Below are positions 9,101-17,851 of a stretch of 64,000 nucleotides of DNA, one piece after another. Both the position numbers and the translations under genes were made by a program. The stretch's first letter is position 1, and each line of letters begins with the position of its first letter. Origin of the DNA: Thermoanaerobaculia bacterium (GTDB taxonomy: Bacteria; Acidobacteriota; Thermoanaerobaculia; Thermoanaerobaculales; Sulfomarinibacteraceae); NCBI GenBank assembly GCA_027067575.1, contig JAMOVQ010000179.1, positions 8,885 to 72,884 of the forward strand, read 5' to 3'. The notes below the pieces were generated by a model that saw only the letters and a program-made list of their open reading frames with translations, was not told the DNA's origin and did not search any database.

Positions 9101-11950
9101 GATCCCCTGACCGCTGGCCGGATCCCAGCCGCCACCGAGCTCCACGTGGCCGCCGTTCACCGTTGCCGAGCCGTCCGGAACCTCCACGAGCCCGTCCTCG
9201 AGGACGAGCGCCGCATGGATGCCGCGAAGCTCCACCGGAGGGTCGGTCAGTACGATCAGGCCGTCTCCCTGCTCCACCTCCACCTCGCCCGAGATCCCGC
9301 CCAACGGGCCCGCAACCCGGAGGTGGACCCCGAGCCCGCCCTCGACCCTGGCCATCGGCAGGAGCATTTCGAGCAGCGGGGCGCCGAGCTTCCCGTCGGC
9401 GTCGAGCTCGACCCGGCCGGCTCCGATGTCCGCCCACCCCTCGGCGACCAGCGTCCCGGCGTCGCCCCCGATCCACGTCCTCTCGAGCTCGAACCGTCCC
9501 TCGTCGGCCCGCACCACGACGTCCCGGGCCGCACGCATCCGGGCGTACTCCGAATCGATCACCAGGTTCCGAAGGACCACGAGCCCCTTGACCGTGCTGA
9601 CCGCCGCAGGATCCACCTCGAGGTCGGCCTCCACGTCCGCCCGCACCGAGACCGGAAGAGCCGGCCGGCCCAGCGCCGCCAGCAGCGGTCCGCTCTCGAG
9701 CGAACAGCCGGAGAGGTACACGCGGACAGGGCCATCGGACGCCCCGGGCCACAACCAGGACGGACGCGGCAGGCCGCCGAGCGGTACCGTCAGGTGGACG
9801 GCCAGCGGACCGGCCGCCGTCACGATCCGCGGTGCGTCGACCGTCGCCAGGCCGTCCCGGATCTCGATCCCGGCCTCCGCCGTCCCGAGCGCCTCGCCTG
9901 CCTGGTCCGGGCGCCATGAGACCGTACCGGTGAGCCGTGGATCTCCCAGTGTACCACCCACCCCAGCCGCGAACCGCACCGACCCGTGGAGCGCGTGCCA
10001 CGGCCCCTGCTCCACCAGATCCGGGCGGAGGTCCATCGCCTCGGCGCGCAGGATCAGCGGCGCCTCCGGCCCCCACCCGCCGATCGTTCCCGCCAGTTCG
10101 AGGCGCCCGGCCCCGGAGGCCGCCCGAACGCCGACGGTGAGACCTGAAAGGTCCGCCAGGCATGCGAGGTGGAACGTCCGCACGGGAACGCCGCCGATCC
10201 GCCCATCCTTCATCCGGGCGTCTGCCGTCACCCGCCAGACCCCGTCCCCGTACGACGCCGATCCGCCGGCCGTGATCATCCCCTCGGCGGGGATCGTCGC
10301 CCCGGCGAACGCCTCCACCAGGTCCTCCACGGTGGAGATGGCCGTCCAGTGGAGGACCGCCACGGCGTCCGGCACGTCCACGGCACCGCGGCCCGTCACC
10401 GTTCCGCCGCCGGGCAGCGAGGCAGAGGCCGCCACGTCGAGGGCGTCCAGCGGCCCGCGAAGGCACACCCGGGCCCACGCAGACGCGATTCGGTCCACGG
10501 CGAGCGGCCCGGCGTCCAGCTCGAGATCGAGCACGGGACGCCGCGGCCGCCCGGTGATCCGGCCGTCGAGACGGACCGTACCCGCCGGCAGCGAGACGGC
10601 GGGGAGCGGCGCGCCCCATCGCGCCGCCTCCCGGGCCGCCGCACCGAGGTCGGTGGCCCGTGCGTGCACCGCGAGATCGAGCCGGGGCCAGGCGGCTCCC
10701 GACACCTCTGCGGAGGCTCCGGGAAGAACGACCCGCGCCGTCCGCACCCGCAGCGCGTCCCCATCCAGCGCGGCATCGACCTCGGCCCGGCCACCGGACC
10801 AGGCGAAGGCCGCGTCAGCGCCGGCTCCGAGCAGCCTCGCGCCCCCGCCACCGAACGCCACGCCGGCACGGAGCGTCCCGTCCACCACGGCGTCCGCCGG
10901 GAACGCCACCGGGAGCTCCGGAAGCCACGCTGCCGCGGCGCGGACCGGAAACCCCGTCAGGCGGCATTCGGCCCGCGCCGTCCCCGCCGGGTCGATCCGG
11001 GCGGTCACCTGGCCCCACCCACCGCCCGCCGCACGCATGTGGAGAACGCCGTCCTCGTACCGGAGACCGACGGATCCGAGCCCGAGCCCCACGAGCCCGA
11101 GTCCCTCGCCCGCACCGTCGAGCCGTACCCGCGGCGCTCCGTCCTCGAGAAAGGCGGTACCCTCGAGCCGGAGCGCCCCCTGCGCGGCGACCCGGGCGGC
11201 GAGGACGGGATCGAGGAACGTCAGGATGGGCCCGGGACGGATCGTCCCGTGGAACCGGAACGACCCCGACGGCGCATCCCAGGGCGCCACCATCCGGCCC
11301 GAGGCCTCGATGGCGAGTGGTGTACCGTCGAGCTCGAACCGTTCCACCACCGCGCCCGGCGCCCCGAACGCCCCCGCGAGATCCACCGTCCCCAGATCGA
11401 GGTCCCGGCCGTCACGGCCGAGGCGGACACGGCCCTTTGCCGCGATCTGCGCACTCCCCTCCCGTAGCGAACCCTCGATCACGGCCTCCTGGACCGCGAC
11501 GAGCACCGGACCCGCCGGGCCCGCCGCGCCACCACGGATCTCGAGACGCCCGACCTCGAGGGATGTTCCGGTCTCCCGTCCCTCCCCACCCACGCCCCCC
11601 ACGGCCGCGGCGGCAGCCAGGTCGAGGGCCAGACCGTCGATGCCGAGCCGTTCCAGCCTGTGCCTCGGACCGATCAGCCGCAGCCACCGCCACGCGGCGG
11701 TGACACGGTCCGCCGTGAGCACCGTCTCCCCACCCACGGGCCCAGCCTCGACCCCGTCGAGCTCGAGGCGCGCCGGCCACACCCGGAACCGGACATGGTC
11801 CGCCCGGAGGCGCCACCCCGCCCGTTCCTGGATCGTCCGGGTGGCCGCGTTCCATGCGGCGCGCTGGACGGGCGGGAGATGGACCACCAGCAGCGCGGCC
11901 CCGAGGACCACGAGGACGGCCACCACGCCACGGACGGTCCAGCGTCTCAC
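6143..11950 (-). CDS. Fusion protein: TamB-like (N-terminal TM anchor, AsmA-like repeats, DUF490-like end) joined to TamA/BamA-like POTRA repeats plus Omp85 beta-barrel
   Basis: One uninterrupted 1935-aa ORF. The N-terminal anchor is VVAVLVVLGAALLVVHL. The TamB C-terminal signature is ...RLTLGRRFGKHLSYFFTTNLADTQDTTQIVQVGEM...WAVLERMRWGG, ending near nt 8288. POTRA-like units follow (IRKIRLEGE..., LMGLEISGL..., VREVRLVGE..., GTIRFRGARQTRESVLRKGVVLRTGEPL). The barrel ends ...GLHVYFGIGQVF with a terminal aromatic residue. Confidence 0.85.
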   Translation of the reverse strand: MRRWTVRGVVAVLVVLGAALLVVHLPPVQRAAWNAATRTIQERAGWRLRADHVRFRVWPARLELDGVEAGPVGGETVLTADRVTAAWRWLRLIGPRHRLERLGIDGLALDLAAAAAVGGVGGEGRETGTSLEVGRLEIRGGAAGPAGPVLVAVQEAVIEGSLREGSAQIAAKGRVRLGRDGRDLDLGTVDLAGAFGAPGAVVERFELDGTPLAIEASGRMVAPWDAPSGSFRFHGTIRPGPILTFLDPVLAARVAAQGALRLEGTAFLEDGAPRVRLDGAGEGLGLVGLGLGSVGLRYEDGVLHMRAAGGGWGQVTARIDPAGTARAECRLTGFPVRAAAAWLPELPVAFPADAVVDGTLRAGVAFGGGGARLLGAGADAAFAWSGGRAEVDAALDGDALRVRTARVVLPGASAEVSGAAWPRLDLAVHARATDLGAAAREAARWGAPLPAVSLPAGTVRLDGRITGRPRRPVLDLELDAGPLAVDRIASAWARVCLRGPLDALDVAASASLPGGGTVTGRGAVDVPDAVAVLHWTAISTVEDLVEAFAGATIPAEGMITAGGSASYGDGVWRVTADARMKDGRIGGVPVRTFHLACLADLSGLTVGVRAASGAGRLELAGTIGGWGPEAPLILRAEAMDLRPDLVEQGPWHALHGSVRFAAGVGGTLGDPRLTGTVSWRPDQAGEALGTAEAGIEIRDGLATVDAPRIVTAAGPLAVHLTVPLGGLPRPSWLWPGASDGPVRVYLSGCSLESGPLLAALGRPALPVSVRADVEADLEVDPAAVSTVKGLVVLRNLVIDSEYARMRAARDVVVRADEGRFELERTWIGGDAGTLVAEGWADIGAGRVELDADGKLGAPLLEMLLPMARVEGGLGVHLRVAGPLGGISGEVEVEQGDGLIVLTDPPVELRGIHAALVLEDGLVEVPDGSATVNGGHVELGGGWDPASGQGIVAELEHVAFVVPPGIVTRWDGLLALEPGEDGRVRLAGDLELVRGVWDTPFDLLQLASGGVALPTGVDDPLDRIDLQMEVRGRNGILVENNLGTFQLAWRRLEVEGTLARPMISGSLELIPGGRIRVGGRTTAIVRGRIELPGGAGEEPEVTLVVRDTRSLSAGLETLDLADIVQAGAAASMGRLFGFESTAIDPVEVAAETETDPARRLTLGRRFGKHLSYFFTTNLADTQDTTQIVQVGEMGIPGLYGQWISSSTESDGWAVLERMRWGGSPDEEDAGERIRKIRLEGEWPLSKWTVRARLGLFAGQRWEPFMAFASRVRLERELAGYGYPDARVTVEVTGPPEKRVVTFRCQAGDRVVVRWEGRRPDKATRRSVVALWTPALPDTVSFQAMREAVRRWFAAHGWPDARVTVSREDGEIVIRTERGKRLELMGLEISGLHPDVARGVARWWTAPADLAALLAGREEALARLRATLAGEGRPGARIRDVELVRDGKHEGRVRVTVDPGPEVLVREVRLVGEDPLGVVGSPDFALRPGACLCRRALSAARRTLLERYREAGYIDVQVRIRRPSGPDDGTVTIELEPGVQRVVGTIRFRGARQTRESVLRKGVVLRTGEPLRESALDESMARIGAFPPVSRVTARTETRDGGMTDVLIDLRERPRWTAGTGVRWSSDRGSQLLLELDDENLFGRGVSARFRMRWGSKDRLGQLLFGLPPAPGGRFHLAFSTTFTHTERGSRIERTGLFSLEGWLERGGRDEIRIYLQRERSHLYEKDPDPFFPLDLTVTVASLGGQLILDRRDDLLDPRHGWFLSVDGSYSGGLLGSDLRAARTMTTFSLATEPRRRWTAALGVRLGAARALRGVLDPTHRFYAGGEWSIRGFERDWVGPVGCFFGRCSPAGGGALLVLNNEIRFPITGTLRGVVFLDAGQVWERWSDADLRLSTGAGIGIRWGTPLGPLRLDLAIPVAHKGISSGLHVYFGIGQVF

Positions 11951-11999
11951 CGACCGAGTGTAGCCTTCCCCGGCCTCGGGAGCGCCCCGGTGGCGCCCG

Positions 12000-12521
12000 T
12001 CAGGCCTTCCGGATCCAGAGCACCCAGGCGGAGCCGTCCGGCTCGCAGAAGACGCCGTGACCCTTGCGCTCGAGGGCGTCGATCATGGGCGAGGGGCGGA
12101 ACGAGGCGTTCAGCCGGACGACGCCACCGGTCTCGAGCTCCGAGAGCGCCGACGTGACCTCGGCCACGGGGCTCCTTCCCTCGCCCAGCAGCGCATCGGC
12201 GTCAAGGGCCACCGACGGCGAGGCCTCCTCGGCCCAGGCCGGGCGAGCGGACGGCGACGATACCGGAGCGTCGAGGACGGTCAGCAGCGGGGGCTGGCCC
12301 AGCGCCCGCCGCAGGGGGTTGACGATCTCGGCCACCGGCTTGCCTGCCATCCTCGCCGCCTGAGCCAAGGTGGCGACCCGCGCCACGGTCCGCCGCAGCA
12401 CGGGGTTCTTCAGCGCCGAAAACGCCGGCGCCAGACCGATCAGCGTCTCCTCCAGCTCGGGGTGGGCCTCGAGCAGCTCGGAAACCCGCGTCTCGGGCAC
12501 GACCATGTCGTCGTGGTTCAC
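12000..12521 (-). CDS. DUF1858 plus DUF2249-type two-domain protein
   Basis: The N-terminus (VSELLEAHPELEETLIGLAPAFSALKNPVLRRTVARVATLAQAA) is the hybrid-cluster-associated DUF1858 pattern. The C-terminus (LDADALLGEGRSPVAEVTSALSELETGGVVRLNASFRPSPMIDALERKGH) is DUF2249-like. The start overlaps the upstream stop by 4 nt. Confidence 0.65.
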   Translation of the reverse strand: MNHDDMVVPETRVSELLEAHPELEETLIGLAPAFSALKNPVLRRTVARVATLAQAARMAGKPVAEIVNPLRRALGQPPLLTVLDAPVSSPSARPAWAEEASPSVALDADALLGEGRSPVAEVTSALSELETGGVVRLNASFRPSPMIDALERKGHGVFCEPDGSAWVLWIRKA

Positions 12522-13762
12522 CGGTCACCTCCCTCGTCCAAGAGTCGCCGTTCTCCCTCGAGCTTCCGGATGGCCGTCACGTCCTGCGTCACCTCGAGGG
12601 TCCCGAGGTAGTCGCCGGAGACCGAACGGACGGCAAAGTACCGGATGTGGACGAACCGGCCGCCCATCTGGATCCAGAACTCCGCCACGTCCCGGACGCC
12701 CGACCGCAGCTCCGCGACGACCCGCTGGACGATGTGGAGGCTCTTGGGCGGATGGCAGTTTTCGACCTTGCGCCCGATGATCGTGCGGCTCCTCGGGAAG
12801 ATCCGGTCCGGGCCTTCGGAGAAGAACGCGACCCGGTCATCGGCGTCGACGAAGGTCAGGTCGAACGGCATGGTGGAGAGGATCGCTCCGAGCTGCTCCA
12901 CGGTCAGCGAGCCGGAGGGAAGCCGGATCGCGCCCTCCGGGGCGTCCCCGTTCTCCTGCGGAGACGCGGGGCCGTCGAGCACGGGCAACCACACGCCGCG
13001 CGGCTCGGCGAGCATGGGGCCGAGATCGCGCCACTGGCGGGCGATCTCGCCCCAGTCGCTCGCGGAGAGGTGCTCCGCCAACATCGGCACGAGGATTCCG
13101 TCCTCCTTGTCGGCCATGGAAACGAGCTGCTCGAGCATCGGGTCGAACACGGTGGCGCGGGCCAGCTCAAGCTCCTCCGGTCCCAGTTCGCCGACGTTCT
13201 CGACGAGCTCGGCCGCTGCCCTGACGAGCTCGCGGATCTCGTCGTCCACACCCCACATCACCTTGGGCGGCCCGGTCAGCCCGGCCTTCTCGAGGAACGG
13301 GAAGAGCAGGAGCTCCTTGCGCTGGTAGTGGACGTCCACGAGCCGGATCCGGGTCATGGTTTCACGGAGCGTTTCCGCCGCGGACTCCCGAACCGGCCCA
13401 TCGCCGTCCAGAAACCGCGCGAGCGCCTCCCGGAACGTGCCGGCCAGCTCCCGGATGACGTCGTTCTCGATCTTGAGCGTGTTGGCGGGGTGGCCCGCGA
13501 TCCGGGCGAGGTCGGGAAGCTCGGCCCGGCTCTCCCGGAACAGCGCCGCATGGACGTCGCACATGCGCTGGATCTCCTCCTGGGGCATCCCCTCCCGCAT
13601 CAGCTCCGTCTCCAGCGCCGAGATCTCCGTGGCGCCGGTCTCGCCGATGATGCCGGCGAACTCGTCCTTGAGCGCCTCGGGGTCCTCCCCGTCGTGCAGA
13701 CGGCGGATCATCGTCTTGAGCCGGTCGAGACGGTACCGGCGGTTGTCGAGTAGCTCGCTCAT
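12518..13762 (-). CDS. DUF438 / hemerythrin-like / PAS domain protein
   Basis: The N-terminus is DUF438-like (RLKTMIRRLHDGEDPEALKDEFAGII...ISALETELMREGMPQEEIQRMCDVH). The middle has HHE-type helices (DVHYQRKELLLFPFLEK). The C-terminal PAS-like segment is (PFDLTFVDADDRVAFFSEGPDRIFPRSRTIIGRKVENCHPPKS). Confidence 0.7.
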   Translation of the reverse strand: MSELLDNRRYRLDRLKTMIRRLHDGEDPEALKDEFAGIIGETGATEISALETELMREGMPQEEIQRMCDVHAALFRESRAELPDLARIAGHPANTLKIENDVIRELAGTFREALARFLDGDGPVRESAAETLRETMTRIRLVDVHYQRKELLLFPFLEKAGLTGPPKVMWGVDDEIRELVRAAAELVENVGELGPEELELARATVFDPMLEQLVSMADKEDGILVPMLAEHLSASDWGEIARQWRDLGPMLAEPRGVWLPVLDGPASPQENGDAPEGAIRLPSGSLTVEQLGAILSTMPFDLTFVDADDRVAFFSEGPDRIFPRSRTIIGRKVENCHPPKSLHIVQRVVAELRSGVRDVAEFWIQMGGRFVHIRYFAVRSVSGDYLGTLEVTQDVTAIRKLEGERRLLDEGGDR

Positions 13763-13877
13763 CGTGACCCTCCTGTTCCGGGGCGGCGTCCACGGCCGGT
13801 CCCCGGCCTGCGGACAACGGCGCAGGCCGGCCGCCTATTCCCGGCCGCCCGGGGGAAGAGCGCGGTATGATCGGGGA

Positions 13878-15368
13878 ATGGAGATCGAACGCGCCGCCGG
13901 GGTGCTCCTGCACCCAACGAGTCTGCCTTCGGAGTTCGGGATCGGAGACCTGGGGCCGGGCGCACACCGGTACCTGGAGTGGCTCGCGTCCGCCGGGGTC
14001 CGGTGGTGGCAGATGCTCCCCCTCAACCCGCCCGGCGCCGGCTTCTCGCCGTACTCGGCCCGCTCCACCTTCGCCGGGAACCCCCTGCTCGTCTCGCCCG
14101 CTGCGATGGCTGGGGACGGCCTTCTCGACCGGGCCGACCTGGAGGATTACCCGGCGCTCCCGAATGAACGGGTGGACTACCCCGCGGTGGCGGCGGCGAA
14201 GGACCGTCTCCTGCGAGGGGCCTGGGAACGTTCGGGGGGACGGCTCCCCGGCGAGCTCGGGGCGGCGTTCGAGCGGTTCTGCTCGGAGGAGGCCGGCTGG
14301 CTGGACGACTGGGCGCTCTACGACGCCCTCCACCGGGCCCACCGGGGCGCGCCGTGGACGGCCTGGCCGCCCCCACTGCGCGACCGCGACCCCGCGACCC
14401 TCCGGTCGTGGGCGGACGTCCACCGGGACGATGTCGCCTTCTCCCGGTTCTGCCAGTGGCAGTTCTTCCGGCAGTGGAACGCCCTCCACGAACGGGCCCG
14501 CGATCTCCGGGTCTCGATCCTCGGGGACGTCCCGATCTTCGTCGCCCACGACTCGGCGGAGGTCTGGGCCAACCGGGAGCTGTTCCGGCTCGACGCCGAA
14601 GGCCGGCCGGTGGCGGTGGCCGGGGTGCCGCCGGACTACTTCTCCGAGACCGGCCAGTTGTGGGGCAACCCGCTCTACGACTGGGACCGGATGGCCCGGG
14701 ACGGCTACGCCTGGTGGGTCCGGCGGCTGGGACACGCCCTGCGCCTGGCCGACGCCGTGCGGCTCGACCACTTCCGGGGGTTCGCCGCGTTCTGGGAGGT
14801 TCCGGCGGGTGCGGAGACCGCCGCGGAGGGCCGGTGGGTGCCGGGGCCGGGCGAGGCGCTGTTCCGGGCGCTGGACGCCTCCCTTGGAGGGCTTCCGTTC
14901 GTCGCCGAGGACCTGGGCACCATCACGCCGGACGTCCACGCCCTGCGCCGCCGCCTGGGCCTTCCGGGGATGGCGATCCTCCAGTTCGCCTTCACCCCGG
15001 AGCCCCGCTCGTCCTACCTGCCGTACAACCTGACCCGGGACACGGTTCTCTACACGGGGACCCACGACAACGACACGACGGTGGGGTGGTGGCTCGGAAA
15101 GGCGACGGAGGCCGAACGCGACTTCGCCCGCCGGTACATGGGGACGGACGGGAGGGAGATCCACTGGGACATGATCCGGCTGGCACTGTCCACCGTGGCG
15201 GACCTCGCCGTGGTGCCCCACCAGGACCTGGCGGGCCTGGGCTCCGACTGCCGGATGAACGTCCCGGGACGCCCGGACGGGAACTGGGCGTTCCGGATCA
15301 CCGACTGGATGCTGGCCCCCGGCATCCGGGACCGACTGGCCGAGCTGGTCGAGATCTACGGCCGGTAG
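13878..15368 (+). CDS. malQ: 4-alpha-glucanotransferase (amylomaltase, GH77)
   Basis: Internal ATG at 13878: MEIERAAGVLLHPTSLPSEFGIGDLG..., LPLNPPG..SPYS, RLDHFRGF, FVAEDLG and TGTHDNDT motifs are typical of MalQ. Confidence 0.9.
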   Translation: MEIERAAGVLLHPTSLPSEFGIGDLGPGAHRYLEWLASAGVRWWQMLPLNPPGAGFSPYSARSTFAGNPLLVSPAAMAGDGLLDRADLEDYPALPNERVDYPAVAAAKDRLLRGAWERSGGRLPGELGAAFERFCSEEAGWLDDWALYDALHRAHRGAPWTAWPPPLRDRDPATLRSWADVHRDDVAFSRFCQWQFFRQWNALHERARDLRVSILGDVPIFVAHDSAEVWANRELFRLDAEGRPVAVAGVPPDYFSETGQLWGNPLYDWDRMARDGYAWWVRRLGHALRLADAVRLDHFRGFAAFWEVPAGAETAAEGRWVPGPGEALFRALDASLGGLPFVAEDLGTITPDVHALRRRLGLPGMAILQFAFTPEPRSSYLPYNLTRDTVLYTGTHDNDTTVGWWLGKATEAERDFARRYMGTDGREIHWDMIRLALSTVADLAVVPHQDLAGLGSDCRMNVPGRPDGNWAFRITDWMLAPGIRDRLAELVEIYGR

Positions 15369-15640
15369 GCTGGCGCGCTTCTCTCCCCGGTGCCCCCCGC
15401 CGCGTGCTGTGGCCGTTCCTGGGCGGCGGCTCCCCCCAGCCCCGCCTCCACGCGGATCTTGAGGGAAGATAGAGGTCTTGGCGGGCTGGCTGCAGCGGCG
15501 CTCCGCGGGGGGCTTCGGTTCGTGGCCCTCGTCCACGACACGGCGCGCGGCGCCGACGGGGGCGCGTTCCTCGACGCCGCCCGGCCGGCGGCGGGGGGAC
15601 TGCTGCTGCACGGCTGGAGGTACGGCCGGCCTGACCGGTG

Positions 15641-17788
15641 TCAGGGGCTCTCCATGCCGAGGGTCTTCACCAGGAACGCCAGTCGGTCCGCGGCCTCGTC
15701 GATCCGCTTGGAGACGGGTTTCCCCGCCCCGTGTCCCGCGCGGGTCTCGATCCGGATCAGGATCGGCCGGTCGCATCCCTGGGCGGCCTGGAGCCGGGCC
15801 GCGTACTTGAACGAGTGGGCCGGAAACACGCGGTCGTCGTGGTCGGCGGTGGTGATCAACGTCGCCGGGTAGCAGATGCCAGGTGTGATGTTGTGGTACG
15901 GCGAGTACCGGGAGAGTACCCGGAACATCGTGGGGTCGTTCGGATCGCCGTACTCGGGGATCCATGCCCAGCCGATGGTGAACTCGGGGTAGCGGAGCAT
16001 GTCCATCACGCCCACCGCGGGCAGCGCCGCCGCGAACAGGTCCGGGCGCTGGTTCATCACGGCGCCGACGAGCAGACCGCCGTTGGAGGCACCGGAGATC
16101 GCCAGCCGGTCGATGGTGGTGGTTCCGGAGGCGATCAGCCATTCGGCCGCGGCGATGAAGTCGTCGAAGACGTTCTGCTTGTTCTCGAGCATCCCCGCCC
16201 TGTGCCATGCTTCGCCGTACTCACCACCTCCGCGGAGGTTCGGGACGGCCAGCACCCCACCGCGCTCCATCCAGACGAGGTTGGGGACGGAGAAGAACGG
16301 CGTCAGGGAGATGTCGAACCCGCCGTACCCGTACAGCACGGTGGGGGACGGTCCGGATGAACGGTTCAGGTCCTTCCGGTGGCTGACGAACATCGGGATC
16401 CGTGTGCCGTCCTTCGAGGTGTAGAACACCTGCTCGGTGACGTAGCTCGAGGGATCGAACCGGAGCTCCGGTCTCCGGAACGGGGCGCTCCTCCGGGTCG
16501 TGAGGTCGAAGCGGTGGATGGTGGACGGCGTGGAGAAGCTTCGGAACGAATAGAACGTCTCCCTGTCCGACCGGCGGCCCGAGAAACCGGCCACGGATCC
16601 CGGGCCTGGAAGCGGCACCTCACCCTGTGACCGTCCGTTCAGATCGTGGAGCGTGACCACGCTCATCGCGTCGCGGAGCCCCGCGCAGACGAGGGTGTCC
16701 CCGAACAGGGAGGCACCCCGGAGGATGATCTCGCCCGGCGGGACGATCTCGCGCCAGCTTGCCGGCTCCGGATGCTCGAGGTCGATGGCCACGATCCGCC
16801 CGTGATCCGGCTGGTTTGAGTGGAGGTAGAACACCGTGCCGTCGTTGCCGACGTAGCCGTACTGCGCCTCGAACTCCGGAGTCAGCGTCCTGGGGGGCGC
16901 TCCGGGCCGGGAGAGGTCGGCCACCAGCAGGAGGTTGGCCGGGTCCGTGCCGCGGCTGACGTGGATGACGAGCCAGCGCCCGTCCTCCGTGACCACGGGA
17001 GAGAACCCCCAGTCGGGGTGCTCCCGGCTCTCGAACACGAGCCTGTCTTCGGCCTGGGACGTCCCCAGGCGGTGGAAGAACAGCTTCTGGAACCGGGTCG
17101 TCTCCTTGAGCGCCGCGCCCTCGCGCGGTGCGTCGTACCGGGCGTAGTAGAACCCCGAGTCATCCGGCGCCCAGGCGGCGCCGGAGAACTTCGACCAGTG
17201 GAGCGTGTCGGGCAGATCCTCCCCGCTGGAGACCCGGCGGACGTGCCAGGTCTGCCAGTCCGATCCCGCCTCGGAGGTGGCCCAGGCCAGGAGGTCGCCG
17301 CGCCACGAGGGCTCCACGCCGGAGATCGCGACGGTACCGTCCTCGGACAGGGTGTTGGGATCGATCAGGACCCTGCCCGGATCGGCGGGGGATTCCGCCG
17401 TGAACAGGACGCTCTGAGGCTGGAGACCGGTGTTGTGGAACCAGAAGAAGTGCCGGCCGGCCTTGAACGGGATCGAGTACCGTTCGAAGTTCCAGAGCTC
17501 CTCGAGCCGAGCACGGAGGGCCGTCCGTCCCGGGATCGCGGCGAGCCATGCGTCGGTCAGAGCGTTCTCCGCGTCGATCCACTCCCGGACCTCCTCGGAG
17601 TCCACGTCCTCCATCCACCGGTACGGGTCGGGGACGGTGACGCCGGCGATGGTGTCCGCCGTCGTTTTGGCCAGGGCGGGCGGATACCGAAGCGGCCCGC
17701 CGGTTCCGGGATGCCGTGAGCACCCGGGCGTCACGGCAAGCAGGGTGGCGGCGAGTGCGAGTGCGGGAAACGGGCGGAACTGTGTCAT
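15641..17788 (-). CDS. Prolyl oligopeptidase (S9A) lipoprotein
   Basis: Start MTQFRPFPALALAATLLAVTPGCS (lipobox), then DPYRWMED. The catalytic region is GGSNGGLL-type (ISGASNGGLLVGAV) and the C-terminus has TTADHDDRV. Only the last 716 codons of the 978-aa ORF are used. Confidence 0.9.
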   Translation of the reverse strand: MTQFRPFPALALAATLLAVTPGCSRHPGTGGPLRYPPALAKTTADTIAGVTVPDPYRWMEDVDSEEVREWIDAENALTDAWLAAIPGRTALRARLEELWNFERYSIPFKAGRHFFWFHNTGLQPQSVLFTAESPADPGRVLIDPNTLSEDGTVAISGVEPSWRGDLLAWATSEAGSDWQTWHVRRVSSGEDLPDTLHWSKFSGAAWAPDDSGFYYARYDAPREGAALKETTRFQKLFFHRLGTSQAEDRLVFESREHPDWGFSPVVTEDGRWLVIHVSRGTDPANLLLVADLSRPGAPPRTLTPEFEAQYGYVGNDGTVFYLHSNQPDHGRIVAIDLEHPEPASWREIVPPGEIILRGASLFGDTLVCAGLRDAMSVVTLHDLNGRSQGEVPLPGPGSVAGFSGRRSDRETFYSFRSFSTPSTIHRFDLTTRRSAPFRRPELRFDPSSYVTEQVFYTSKDGTRIPMFVSHRKDLNRSSGPSPTVLYGYGGFDISLTPFFSVPNLVWMERGGVLAVPNLRGGGEYGEAWHRAGMLENKQNVFDDFIAAAEWLIASGTTTIDRLAISGASNGGLLVGAVMNQRPDLFAAALPAVGVMDMLRYPEFTIGWAWIPEYGDPNDPTMFRVLSRYSPYHNITPGICYPATLITTADHDDRVFPAHSFKYAARLQAAQGCDRPILIRIETRAGHGAGKPVSKRIDEAADRLAFLVKTLGMESP

Positions 17789-17851
17789 GGAACACTCCTC
17801 TTCGGAGACCGATTCTACCGCGCCCTCCGAAAGGCGCGGTATGATGAAAGG

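Noticed and set aside
15369-15640. 272-nt convergent intergenic gap between malQ and the prolyl oligopeptidase, as a possible small gene or RNA
   Set aside because: I found no promoter-like AT-rich element, no convincing hairpin plus T-tract, and only Arg/Gly-rich short ORFs. There is nothing I can support from sequence alone.
13362-16208. 948-aa minus-strand ORF antisense to malQ; also 25305-27815 (+), 31960-34512 (-), 45279-48467 (-), 20642-22702 (+), 40730-42979 (+) and similar
   Set aside because: All are Arg/Pro/Gly/Asp-rich and lack recognisable domains. Each lies opposite a gene with strong family motifs (MalQ, polyferredoxin/DUF362, PepA/macro, DUF1573/ClpX-like, GlmS, metalloprotease).
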